NCBI GenBank assembly: GCA_965218585.1
Contig: CBDCLE010000024.1
Span: forward strand, 256,001 to 320,000
Length of the DNA: 64,000 bases
Direction of reading: 5' to 3'
Origin: Terriglobia bacterium
Lineage (GTDB): Bacteria; Acidobacteriota; Terriglobia; 20CM-2-55-15
Of the stretch, positions 51,841 through 61,964 are shown piece by piece. The position numbers and the translations under genes are program-made. Under the pieces are notes generated by a model. The model searched no databases. It had not been told where the DNA came from and worked only from the letters and a program-made list of their open reading frames with translations. Positions within the stretch are counted from its first letter, which is position 1. Every line of letters begins with the position of its first letter.

Positions 51841-53196
51841 ATGCGAATTCTGATAGCTGGCGGCGGTGAAGTAGCCGCCCTGATCGCGAGCCGCCTCATC
51901 GGTGAAGGGAACGAGGTCATTCTCATCGAGGAAGACGCCGAGCGTTGTTCAGAACTCGAGGAAACCCTCGATGCGAAAGTCGTTCATGGAAACGCGGCCA
52001 GCGTCCTTGTCCTGAGACGGGCGGGCCTGGAAACGGCCGACATGTTGATAGCGGCCACCAATTCCGACGCCACAAACGTTCTGGCGTGCCTGGTTGCCAA
52101 GGTCGAGTCCAAGGTTCGGGTCAAGGTGGCCCGAATGCGTACCCACGAGGTGGAGCACTGGCGCAACATCGCCACCGAATCCGGCCTCGACATCGACCTC
52201 ATCATCCATCCCGAATCCGACGTTTCCGATCGGATCATGCGCGTCCTCAACTATCCAGGCGTTTCTGACATCACCGATTTCGCCGGTGGCGGTGCGCGTC
52301 TCTTCGGGATGAACGTGGAGGCGGGAAGCTGGGTGGCCGGCAAGACGCTGCTGGAACTCCAGCAGGCCGGTCCACCTGAAGATTCGCTCATAGCGATGAT
52401 CTTTCGCGGGCAACAGGTGACCATCCCTCATGGCGCAGAGCGTCTCAGAACGGGCGATCACATTTACGTTATGGCGACGCGTGAGAACCTCGACGAAGTG
52501 CTCGCGTTCATGGGGCTCGAGAGCGGGAAGTCGATCGCACGTATCTTCATTGTCGGAGGCAAGCAGCTGGGAATCCGGATAGCAGAGATTCTGGAGGACG
52601 AGAACGTCCACGTGAAGCTGTTCGAACGGGAACTGGACCGTTGCGAGAAGATCGCCACGATACTCGACAAAGCCATTGTAATCCATGGCGACGGCACGGA
52701 TCAGGCCACCTTGATGGAAGAGAACGTTGAGGGGGTGGATGCTTTTCTGGCTCTGACGAACCACGACGAAGACAACATTATCGCCTCGCTGTTGGCGCGG
52801 CGTTTCGGTGTCAAGAAGGTCGTCGCGTTGATCAACCGGTTGAGCTACCTGCCGATGGTTCAGCGTTTGGGTATCAACACCACGGTGAGTCCACGCCTGG
52901 CCGCGGTCGACAGCATTCTGCAATATGTTCGCAAGGGACGCGTCCTGAGCGTTACAACGTTCGGAGCGGAAGAGGCTGAGGCGATCGAGCTGATTGCTTC
53001 CGAGGGAACACGTTATGTGGGTCGCAAACTGAGCGACGTCCGGTTTCCCAGGGGCGCCATTGTTGGCGCGATAGCCCGGCCGGACGGTCAGGTAGTCGTG
53101 CCCCGTGGTGATTCTATGATTCAGGCAGGAGATCGTGTCATTTTCTTTGCATTGGAAAGCATTGTTTCTGAATTGGAAGCCGCTTTTCTGTCTTAA
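51841..53196 (+). CDS. trkA: Trk system potassium uptake regulatory subunit
   Basis: Two RCK_N (GGGEVA; IVGGKQLG..HGDGTD) and RCK_C domains; 451 aa. Confidence 0.93.
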   Translation: MRILIAGGGEVAALIASRLIGEGNEVILIEEDAERCSELEETLDAKVVHGNAASVLVLRRAGLETADMLIAATNSDATNVLACLVAKVESKVRVKVARMRTHEVEHWRNIATESGLDIDLIIHPESDVSDRIMRVLNYPGVSDITDFAGGGARLFGMNVEAGSWVAGKTLLELQQAGPPEDSLIAMIFRGQQVTIPHGAERLRTGDHIYVMATRENLDEVLAFMGLESGKSIARIFIVGGKQLGIRIAEILEDENVHVKLFERELDRCEKIATILDKAIVIHGDGTDQATLMEENVEGVDAFLALTNHDEDNIIASLLARRFGVKKVVALINRLSYLPMVQRLGINTTVSPRLAAVDSILQYVRKGRVLSVTTFGAEEAEAIELIASEGTRYVGRKLSDVRFPRGAIVGAIARPDGQVVVPRGDSMIQAGDRVIFFALESIVSELEAAFLS

Positions 53197-53241
53197 CCCG
53201 TCGTCGGTGGCGGGCCACAGACCACTTGTCAGAGGAATCCG

Positions 53242-54693
53242 TTGATCCACTTCGCTGCTGTCGGCTACGTCCTCGGTCAGTTTCTGCTGGCCCTTTCCGG
53301 GACGATGCTCATTCCGCTCGCATATGGCTGGTTTGCGGGAAGCGAGGGATTGGCGTCTCTTGTCTATGGTGCGCTGATCACGGCGGCCAGTGGCGGGGCA
53401 CTCGTCCTGGCTTCAGGCAAGCCGGAGAAGGAACTCACCCAACGGGAAGGGCTCCTGCTCGTCGTTTCCGTCTGGGGATCAGTCGGGCTGTTTGGCAGCA
53501 TACCGTTCTATCTTTCGCCTTACTTTTCATCTTTCACTGACGCTTTTTTTGAATCGATTTCAGGATTCACGACAACCGGAGCCACCATTCTGGATCGTGT
53601 CGAAGTTCTTCCCGAGGCCCTGCAGTTTTGGCGTTGCTTCTCCCACTGGTTAGGCGGGATGGGAATTGTAGTCCTGGGTATCGCCATACTTCCCCTCGTC
53701 GGTCACGGAGGAATGCAGCTTTACCGTGCCGAGTTTTCAGGTGCCAAATCAGAAAGGCTGAAGCCCCGTATAGCAGAGACGGCTCTTTCGCTCTGGAAAA
53801 TCTACCTGACACTGACCGTGGCCGAGTTCATAGCCCTCCGACTGGCAGGCATGAACGGATTCGAAGCCATGTGCCACACGTTTTCGACGCTGGGAACAGG
53901 TGGTTTTTCAACACGTACGGAAAGCATCGCCGGCTTTAACAGTCCTCTGATCGAGGCGATCATCATCGTCTTTATGCTCATGGCGGGTATCAGCTTTATC
54001 CAGCATTACCGGTTCTGGGTAGAACGCAATCCCCGTGAGTTTTTCAAAGACGTCGAGCTTCGCTATTACGCCCTGATAACTTTCGTGGCTACCGGAGTCA
54101 TCGCTGTCGTTCTCATTTCGAGTCAGGGTTACCCCATCGCGCTGGCTGCACGTAACGCTCTGTTTCAGGTGAGCGCGATAGTGACGACGACGGGGTTTGT
54201 CACCGACAACTTCGAGGTGTGGCATCCGCTGCCGCAATTGATTCTGCTGGCTCTGATGTTCGTCGGGGGATGCACGGGATCGACGGCCGGGGGTATGAAA
54301 ACGTCGCGGATTCTCTTACTGGCACGCGTGGTCGATCGGGAATTCAAGAGGATGGTCGAGCGCCGGGGCGTCTTTGCGGTGCGTCTGGGCGGGCAGGTCG
54401 TTTCCGAATCTACGATCCAGAGCCTGCTGAATCTGGTGTATCTGGCTTTTGTAATAAACTTCGTGGCCTGCCTGATGCTTGCTGCATTGGGCGTGGACGT
54501 GCTGACTGCGATATCAGCCGTAGCCGCATCGATGTTCAATATCGGGCCCGGATTGGGGGCTGTAGGCCCGGTTGAAAACTACGGAAGCCTGCCCGATCTG
54601 GCCAAGTGGATCCTCGGGGCCTGCATGATCGCCGGACGCCTGGAGTTCTACACCGTCATCGTTATTCTGACGCCAGCGTTCTGGCGAAAGTGA
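53242..54693 (+). CDS. trkH: Trk system potassium uptake membrane protein
   Basis: FESISGFTTTGAT, WLGGMGI, TLGTGGFS, TTTGF, GSTAGGMK, NIGPGLG and GRLE motifs. Confidence 0.95.
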   Translation: MIHFAAVGYVLGQFLLALSGTMLIPLAYGWFAGSEGLASLVYGALITAASGGALVLASGKPEKELTQREGLLLVVSVWGSVGLFGSIPFYLSPYFSSFTDAFFESISGFTTTGATILDRVEVLPEALQFWRCFSHWLGGMGIVVLGIAILPLVGHGGMQLYRAEFSGAKSERLKPRIAETALSLWKIYLTLTVAEFIALRLAGMNGFEAMCHTFSTLGTGGFSTRTESIAGFNSPLIEAIIIVFMLMAGISFIQHYRFWVERNPREFFKDVELRYYALITFVATGVIAVVLISSQGYPIALAARNALFQVSAIVTTTGFVTDNFEVWHPLPQLILLALMFVGGCTGSTAGGMKTSRILLLARVVDREFKRMVERRGVFAVRLGGQVVSESTIQSLLNLVYLAFVINFVACLMLAALGVDVLTAISAVAASMFNIGPGLGAVGPVENYGSLPDLAKWILGACMIAGRLEFYTVIVILTPAFWRK

Positions 54694-54794
54694 ACGCGAG
54701 TGGAACTTTCCGGACCCCGATGTCGTGTAACGTAGAATGAAGGGGATGCTGGGGAAAGTGACTTTGCAGCGTATGATCAAAACGGTCATAGAAA

Positions 54795-55886
54795 ATGTGT
54801 GAAATCGTCAAACCCGAGGTCGGTTCCAGACTGTTGCTGACCCTGGCGTGTCTGATCGTACTGATCGCGGGCCTGCGGGCTGCCGAGCCCGTGGTGGTCC
54901 CGTTCCTGCTGTCGGTGTTTCTCGCCATGCTGGGCGTCCCTATGCTGGCGTGGTTGCAGGGGATGGGCGCTCCGCGCTGGTTGGCGATTCTCGTCGTCGT
55001 TCTCAGCCTCATTGTGGTGCTGGTGGGCGTGGGAGCGATCGTCGGCGGTTCGGTGAATGCGTTTACCCAGGCGTTGCCTCAGTATCAGGAAAGGCTGACC
55101 CTGCTTCTGGTGTCCGCAGAGCAGCAGCTTGCGTCATGGGGGATCAACGCTTCAGTTTCCACCCTCGTTGGGGACTTGATCAATCCCGGACAGATTCTGC
55201 AACTGGCCGGGGGGCTGCTGTCGACTCTGGCTGCAATCCTGTCGAATTTCCTACTGGTGTTCCTGACAACCGTCTTCATGTTGACCGAGGCCACAGGATT
55301 TTCAGCCAAGATACGAGCGGCATGGGGAGACGCCAGCTCGAAGCTGCTCGGCTTCTCCAGTGTTATGACGCAGGTTCACAGATACCTGATCATCAAGACC
55401 GTGATCAGTCTGTTCACCGGGCTTGTACTGGGCTTCTGGGTGGGAATCCTGGGCGTCGATTTTCCGGTATTGTGGGGACTGCTGGCCTTCCTGCTCAACT
55501 ACGTGCCCAATATCGGGTCGATAATGGCAGCCGTTCCTCCGATCATGGTGGGGATGATCCAGCCGGGAGGAGGGCTGGGTCTAGCGCTTACGGTAGCGAC
55601 GGGTTATCTGGTCGTGAATCTTGTCGTTGGGAACGTGGCGGAACCGCGCATGATGGGCCAGCGCCTGGGTCTGTCCACTCTGGTTGTTTTCATGTCCCTC
55701 GTGTTCTGGGGCTGGGTCTGGGGTGGTGTCGGGATGCTGCTTTCAGTTCCCCTCACGATGGTTGTCAAGATCCTTATGCAGAACAGCGACGAACTCCGAT
55801 GGGTCGCGATCCTTCTGGACAAGTCTCCGACTGAAGACGACCCCGAGGGCGACATCGAGAGTGACCTCGCCGTTGCCGGAGAGTAG
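54795..55886 (+). CDS. AI-2E family transporter
   Basis: YLIIKT, LLNYVPNIGS, EPRMMG..LGLS and WG..GMLLSVP motifs. Confidence 0.92.
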   Translation: MCEIVKPEVGSRLLLTLACLIVLIAGLRAAEPVVVPFLLSVFLAMLGVPMLAWLQGMGAPRWLAILVVVLSLIVVLVGVGAIVGGSVNAFTQALPQYQERLTLLLVSAEQQLASWGINASVSTLVGDLINPGQILQLAGGLLSTLAAILSNFLLVFLTTVFMLTEATGFSAKIRAAWGDASSKLLGFSSVMTQVHRYLIIKTVISLFTGLVLGFWVGILGVDFPVLWGLLAFLLNYVPNIGSIMAAVPPIMVGMIQPGGGLGLALTVATGYLVVNLVVGNVAEPRMMGQRLGLSTLVVFMSLVFWGWVWGGVGMLLSVPLTMVVKILMQNSDELRWVAILLDKSPTEDDPEGDIESDLAVAGE

Positions 55887-55909
55887 CGGCTTCTGGGCAG
55901 ACGGCTATC

Positions 55910-56239
55910 TCAGGCTAATTTTTCGATGATCAAGTCGGGATGGTTGCCGGCAACGGCCACCCGATACCAGATAAAAGGAAAGAGGGGATTGGGCAACCAG
56001 TACATCCAGCCGAGGCTGGGCACCTTCCCCTTGTCCCCCAGGTCCAGATCCATCCAGACATAGAGAAATTTATAGGGGCAGAGGCCCGGAATGTAGTTGG
56101 GCTTGAACCCGTCTGTCTTGAGGTACTTGCGCCTAATATAGAAGTTTCCTTCGAAACCCGTGATTCCCCAGCCAGTGGGGCCTTCGGCCAGAACGGTGCC
56201 AGAATCTCTGTGTGTGATCCGAATTTGATTGCCAGCCAT
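55910..56239 (-). CDS. Hypothetical protein (DUF427-like FEGN.Y and CPYK motifs)
   Basis: G.VLAEG, FEGNFY, GLCPYK and W.Y..PNP pattern. Confidence 0.6.
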   Translation of the reverse strand: MAGNQIRITHRDSGTVLAEGPTGWGITGFEGNFYIRRKYLKTDGFKPNYIPGLCPYKFLYVWMDLDLGDKGKVPSLGWMYWLPNPLFPFIWYRVAVAGNHPDLIIEKLA

Positions 56240-56370
56240 CCGTCAGTTCACGATCATAACAATGTGAGAGGTGGCCCACTGTAGGCGCCCTTCCCGTGGT
56301 GTATCATTTTGTTAAACAGAATCTCGTTACGTTCGTCTATCAATTTTAGGGCTGAAAACGGGAGAGAGCA

Positions 56371-57582
56371 GTGAACAGGTCCGTAAACGAAGCAGAGAGC
56401 TTCTACCGCGAGGTAACAAATCAGAAGTGGTTCACGTCACTGATGAGTCAGATTCGTGGGCTGGCGGCGGAGAAGCGTAACCGGGTTGAGGTCGAGATAA
56501 CTGCCGAACCGGATCCCTCTGTCCTCGAGCATATGGTTGCCCGGCGCTCTCCTTTGGAGTCGCTCTGGTCGCAGGTGAGCGAACTCTACAAAGAGTTTAA
56601 GAATCCTCCCGAACCGATCGAAGTGACTGCCGCAGCCGATCCCTCGGCTCTGTCCGGACTCATCGATTCGCGCTCCCCTCTGGACTCGATCATTCGGCAG
56701 GTGAGGAGCATCGTCAACGACATCCGGAATCCTTCCGAGTTTACGGCCACGGCCCAACCGGTAGAGACGCCGTCGATATGGTCGGAAAGACAGTTGAATG
56801 TGCCAACGTACCTGACTGTTGGGGCCCACCTGCTGGTTATCGCTTTTATTTTTTCCGGCCTCAGTTTCAGCCGCGATTCCCAGTTGTTCGTCGCCGAGAC
56901 TATTGTTCCGCTCTACTTGCCTGTGGATTTGATGCTTCCCCAGGAGGCGCGGACGTCTGCAGGTGGTGGCGGTGGAGGTCGCGAGACCTTGACGGCGCCC
57001 TCTTTGGCCCAACCGCCGCGTGCGGCTGAGGAACAATTCGTACCACCTCAGGCTGAACCGCCTCGGAATCTGGATCCACTTCTGGTGGCTGAACCCACGA
57101 TCGTTGCGCCGCAGTTGGCGTCCCTGCTTCCGGTGACCTTGCCGGAGCTGGGCGATCCGTTTGCGGGCATTCCGGCACCTCCCTCATCGGGTCCGGGTGT
57201 GGGTGCCGGTATCGGTACAGGTCAGGGCCGGGGCGTTGGGGAAGGTAGCGGCCCGGGACTAGGTGCGGGAGAAGGCGGTGGATTTGGTGGCGGGGTCTTT
57301 GAGGTCGGGGGCGGCGTCAGCCCACCGACAATTCTTTATCGTCGGGACCCGATCTATTCCGAAGATGCGCGCAAGGCGCAGTATGAGGGTACGGTCGTTC
57401 TCGAAGCTATCGTCCGAAAAGACGGATCCGTAGAAATCTTGCGGGTTGTGAGAGGCCTCGGTCTGGGTCTGGACGAGAACGCGATGGAAGCACTCAGGGA
57501 GTGGCGTTTCAGGCCGGCGACGCGTCAGGGCGTACCTGTGGACGTTGCGGTCAATATTGAAGTCAACTTCACTTTACGGTAG
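56371..57582 (+). CDS. Energy transducer TonB family protein with a triplicated N-terminal cytoplasmic motif
   Basis: TM helix with His (GAHLL), Pro-rich linker, Gly-rich stretch and TonB_C domain (P.YSEDARKAQYEGTV...GLGLGLDENA.EAL..WRF.PA...G.PV.V...IEVNF). Confidence 0.9.
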   Translation: MNRSVNEAESFYREVTNQKWFTSLMSQIRGLAAEKRNRVEVEITAEPDPSVLEHMVARRSPLESLWSQVSELYKEFKNPPEPIEVTAAADPSALSGLIDSRSPLDSIIRQVRSIVNDIRNPSEFTATAQPVETPSIWSERQLNVPTYLTVGAHLLVIAFIFSGLSFSRDSQLFVAETIVPLYLPVDLMLPQEARTSAGGGGGGRETLTAPSLAQPPRAAEEQFVPPQAEPPRNLDPLLVAEPTIVAPQLASLLPVTLPELGDPFAGIPAPPSSGPGVGAGIGTGQGRGVGEGSGPGLGAGEGGGFGGGVFEVGGGVSPPTILYRRDPIYSEDARKAQYEGTVVLEAIVRKDGSVEILRVVRGLGLGLDENAMEALREWRFRPATRQGVPVDVAVNIEVNFTLR

Positions 57583-57697
57583 CTCGGCCGAACTGCCTTT
57601 CAATTCGTATTTCCAAAAAAAAGAGCCACGGACTGCTCGCGTAAAGACTGAACGCCCGTGAGTCAGTCGAAATAAGCACCGATGTAGAAAAAGATTT

Positions 57698-57768
57698 CGC
57701 TCGGTCGTTCATTCGGCCATCCTGGCCGAACGACCGGCGACGCTCGCAATCAGGATGATTGCGAGCCC
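57698..57768. repeat. REP/MITE-like double-hairpin element, copy 2
   Basis: CGCTC..TCGTTCA..CGGCC-ATCCT-GGCCG and GCTCGCAATC-AGGAT-GATTGCGAGC; homologous to 38598-38680. Confidence 0.6.
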
Positions 57769-57822
57769 GTCAGGGACTCATCGATACTTTTCAGCAGGCA
57801 CGAGGAAGCCCTGCCCGGGGCG

Positions 57823-60432
57823 CTAGGGACGGATCAGGAAGTCGATCCAGCACCCGTGAACGGTGTACGGATCGAACGGGTCCGGTGCCTCGTCAAAACC
57901 GTTTCCCTGATTGGCAATGAGTCCGGCCCGATAGATTTCCGGATCCAGGATGGCAGCGATTTCGTCCCGCACATCCTGCAGGTGAAAGAGTGTGGCATCG
58001 TCCCCCGCCCGCGCGAGCGAGGACTCCACTGCAGTGTCCAGCGTTCTCAATTGCCCGCGTAACAATGCGCGCATGTCGTTCCACTGAGCGTCGTCACTGT
58101 TGAGTCGGGTATCGATCAGGTCGAGATAAAGACGCTGCAGGTTTCTTCGAAACGCGTCGGTCGATACGGCTTGATCGGACAGTTCCGCCCAAATCCCTTC
58201 GCGTAGGTCCGCCAGAAATTCGGTCGGCCTGTAGGCATCGTCATCCAGAGCACTCTGTTCCACCAGCCTTGTAAAGCGATTCGCATTGAGCAGGAAGTTC
58301 AGGACGGATCGCTGGCTGTTGCGCAGTCTGGAAAGGACGCCTGAGGGTTCGATCCGTCGAAGGATTTCAGGTCGAACCAGGAAGTCCGGAGTTTCAAAGG
58401 CGTTCTCGTTCAGAAAACGGACTGCGTCCTGCTGGGTCGGGCGAGCCACGGCTGTGAAACGGACTCCGTCCTGGCCACCGTGTATCTGCCTGGAATCAAA
58501 TCCCCCCACGAGTGCACCCACGTGGTTCATTTCGCGAACCCACTGCCCGAGCACCCGTCCGTAAAGCTCTTCGAGTTCGTCCCAGTTCTGCCCCGGCTCG
58601 GTAGCCGAGCTGAGGAGGAGATCCATCACCCGTTCAAGGTTTTTAACTCCAAACCCAGTCGCTTCGACAGCGTTTGCATCGCCAACGGCTTCGGTGAGTT
58701 CACCGGGGTCGGACGCTCGGGAACCGTTGGTCGAAAACCGGAGCCATGGAGTGTTTTCCTGTTCCAGTGCCCAGGTGTTGAGTGTAGCGACCTCCTCGTC
58801 AGCAGACGCCGCATCCGGTATCGGCTTGTACCCCCACATCGTGGCCCAGACGTGGTAAGGGCCTATCCCGGGAATGAGATCTTCGACGGGGATGTTGTCT
58901 TCGGGCTGCGCCACATAATTGAATCGTGAATAGTCCATCAGTGTCGGCGTGTGACCCATGGTCCGGAGCCATTCCGGATCGCGAATGTTTTCGAAGGGAT
59001 ATGTCGAGCTTGCCTTCATGTTGTGCTGGAAGCCCAGAGTGTGCCCGACTTCATGGGCGACAACGAAGCGAAGGAGTCTTCCCATCAACTCATCGGGAAA
59101 TGGAAGCGTCTGTGCACGCGGGTCCAGCGGAGCTGCCTGCACGAAGTACCAGTCGTGCAGAAGGTTCTGGATGTTGTGATAGAATTGAATATCGGATTCC
59201 AGAATTTCTCCCGTTCTGGGGTCGTGCACGTGGGGACCCGACGCGTTCTCGATGTCGGATGGGAGCCAGCGGATGACCGAATAGCGGGCATCTTCGGGAC
59301 TCCAGTCCGGGTCTTCGTCCCCCGAAGGCGCGTCCCGCGCCGGGATCGCGTTCGAGAAACCTGCGGCTTCGAACGCCTCCTGCCAGTCCTCGACGCCTTG
59401 CTTGACATAGGGAATCCATTCGGGCGGCGTCGCCGGATCGATCCAGTACTCGATGGGTTTTACCGGATCCGAGAGCTCGGCTTCGGGGTCTTGTTTCTCG
59501 AGTCGCCAGCGCGTGATGTAGCGGCGCTCGGCGGCCCGGTGTTCGTCTACGCCATAGTCGGTCTGGGTGAGGGAGAAGTACCCGACCCGGTCGTCAGACA
59601 TTCGGGGCATCATAGGGTCGTCGGGCAGCTTTACCATGCTGTAGGCCATTTCGAGGGTCGCGCTTCCCGGTTCCATCCCACCGCGGTTGTTGTTGCCACC
59701 TCTGCCCTGACCCGGGTTGTTGTCCGGCGGGCGTGTGTAAGTGTGTACGGCACGGACCTCTATGTTTTCAGGAAACGAGACAATTCGGTCCACGAAGGAT
59801 CGCCGACGGTCAAGCCCCCGGGCCCGGAGTCGGGAACGGGCACTCAATTCAGTAACTTCCGTAGCGAAAAGATCGGTCACGTCAATGACCACGGCATCGT
59901 CCTCCCCGAGCGCTTCGATATCGAATGCCATCAGGATGGTCTCGTTGTTGGAGGCCTGGACGGCCTGGGAGATCGGGAGGTTTTCCTCGGCGACGACTTC
60001 GTAGGAGACATTTCGAAGAAAGACACGCTCCCCGCGGCGTTCCCATTTCACGACCCGTGTGTCGATCTTCTGTCCTCCGTAGCCCTGTCCGACGACGGTT
60101 CTGGCGATACGGCCGACTCAGAGGAACTCGTTTTCGAGCTCCGCAGCCGGTATCTCGTAGTAGTAGTCCTCGTCAACGCGGTGGACTGTAAAGATACCGT
60201 CATCCGATACCGCCTCGTCGGTAACGACCTCATCGTAGGGCTGGATGCCTTCCCGGTCCCTTCCATTACGCCCACCCCTCTCTTCGTCTTCGTCGTCCTC
60301 CGAGGTCGAGGCCGCCTCTTCGTCCTGGGTCGGCTCCTCCGGTTCGGGTTCCTGTGGTGCTACGTCCACGGGTACCGAAATGAGCAGAAACACCATAATC
60401 AACATGGAAAGGTACTGGACCATACGTGTCAT
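57823..60432 (-). CDS. Zinc-dependent metalloprotease (DUF5118/DUF5117/DUF4953 type) with an in-frame TGA at 60118-60120
   Basis: ORFs 60118-60432 and 57823-60051 are in one frame (EFL*VGRIART...); [30 protein letters not shown] and MDY motifs. Confidence 0.88.
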
Positions 60433-60556
60433 CGGTTTTCTCCCTCGAAGCTGTTGTGGCGAAACGAATGCCTCTTTTCGCCCGAAAATATGGCAAGAAG
60501 CGTTTCACAAAAACTAAACTGTTTCCGCACGCAACGCAAGCAGCGGTTGGAGGTTC

Positions 60557-61897
60557 ATGTCGGGGAAGATCGGTATTCGCAGGGAAGACAGGAATCGATG
60601 GGAGCGTCGTGCGCCGCTGGCCCCATTGCATGTGGCCCGATTGGTTTCTTCCGGCGTCGAGGTCGTCGTTCAACCTTCGGAGATCCGGATTTTTTCAGAC
60701 GAAGAATACCTCCGGTCTGGCGCCGCAGTTTCCGAGGATCTTTCCGATTGCAGCCTCGTTCTGGCCATCAAGGAAATACCCGGAGAGTATTTTCGCCCCG
60801 GGGGCGCATACCTGTTCTTTTCTCATGTTTCCAAGGGGCAACCTTACAACATGGGAATGCTTGGGCGCGTTCTGGAGTGCGGGGCCAGTCTGCTCGACTA
60901 TGAACACATGGTGGACCCGGCCAACCGGCGCCTTGTGTTCTTCGGAAATCACCCTGGCGCCGCCGGCCTTTTTGAAACGCTCCACGCTCTGGGCAGGCGC
61001 CTTGAATGGGAGGGGCAGTCCACACCATTGTCGTCGGTTCAGCGTCCTCTGGAATTCTCCAGTCTCGAGGAGGGCCGGAAATTGCTGGCCCAGGTTGGAC
61101 GCCGGATCTCGGAAGCTGGAATGGGCGAAAGCCTCGCGCCGGTCATCGTCGGGTTTGCGGGCTACGGAAATGTCTCAGGCGGTGCGCAGGAACTATTTGA
61201 CCTGTTGCCGCACGAAGAGATCTCTCCCGACAATCTGAGATCGTTCATGGCGGCCGGAAAGTTTTCCGAAAGGAAACTCTACAAGGTTGTTTTCAAAGAG
61301 GAAGACATGGTCGTTCCCATTGAAGCCTCCCGGCCGTTCGATCTGGAGGACTACTACAGCCGTCCGGGCAGGTACCGGGGTAAGTTTGAAGAATACCTCC
61401 CGCACTTGACTGTCTTGATCAACTGTATCTACTGGGAAGAAAAGTATCCCCGGCTGGTTACAAGGGATTGGTTGCGGTCGGCGTGGACAGCGAGCAGGAG
61501 ATCGAACAGTACCGGTCCGCGATTACGCGTGATCGGTGACATCACCTGCGACATCGAGGGATCGATCGAATGTACGCTCAAGGCGACCGATCCCAGTATG
61601 CCGGCGTACACCTACATCCCTTCATCCGGGGATATCGTTGACGGCTGCGAAGGAGAAGGCGTCGTCGTCATGGCCGTTGATACTCTGCCGGCCGAGTTGC
61701 CGCGAGAGGCGTCTCAGAGCTTCGGCGATATGCTGTATCCCTATGTCCCCGAGCTTGCTTCCGCTGATTTCAGCAAGACGTTCGATGCCCTGGAGCTTGG
61801 GGAAGTTCTCCAGAGGGCGGTGATCGCGCATTGCGGCCAGCTGACCCAAAGATATCGATATCTGCAAAACAGAGTGACCAGTGAAAGGAATGAGTGA
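60557..61897 (+). CDS. Stand-alone lysine-ketoglutarate reductase / saccharopine dehydrogenase (AlaDh/PNT fold)
   Basis: IGIRRED.NRWERRAPLAP, FFSHVSKGQ.YNM, LLDYE, GYGNVS.GAQE, NCIYW, GDITCDI.GSIE and AVD.LP.ELP.EAS..FG motifs. Confidence 0.87.
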   Translation: MSGKIGIRREDRNRWERRAPLAPLHVARLVSSGVEVVVQPSEIRIFSDEEYLRSGAAVSEDLSDCSLVLAIKEIPGEYFRPGGAYLFFSHVSKGQPYNMGMLGRVLECGASLLDYEHMVDPANRRLVFFGNHPGAAGLFETLHALGRRLEWEGQSTPLSSVQRPLEFSSLEEGRKLLAQVGRRISEAGMGESLAPVIVGFAGYGNVSGGAQELFDLLPHEEISPDNLRSFMAAGKFSERKLYKVVFKEEDMVVPIEASRPFDLEDYYSRPGRYRGKFEEYLPHLTVLINCIYWEEKYPRLVTRDWLRSAWTASRRSNSTGPRLRVIGDITCDIEGSIECTLKATDPSMPAYTYIPSSGDIVDGCEGEGVVVMAVDTLPAELPREASQSFGDMLYPYVPELASADFSKTFDALELGEVLQRAVIAHCGQLTQRYRYLQNRVTSERNE

Positions 61898-61964
61898 GGA
61901 GTGCGAGCAGATCCAGGGCGCTGACAACCCCTCACTTGTCACTGGGGCCTGATGTCATGCGACA

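Noticed and set aside
60118-60170. Selenocysteine codon
   Set aside because: The position looks like a hydrophobic Trp site rather than a Cys site, and no convincing SECIS hairpin follows.
58951-60903. 650-aa plus-strand ORF, and similar long shadow ORFs (51949-53250, 38454-39608, 5522-6646, 27417-28427)
   Set aside because: Antisense to well-supported genes in GC-rich DNA; no recognisable motifs.
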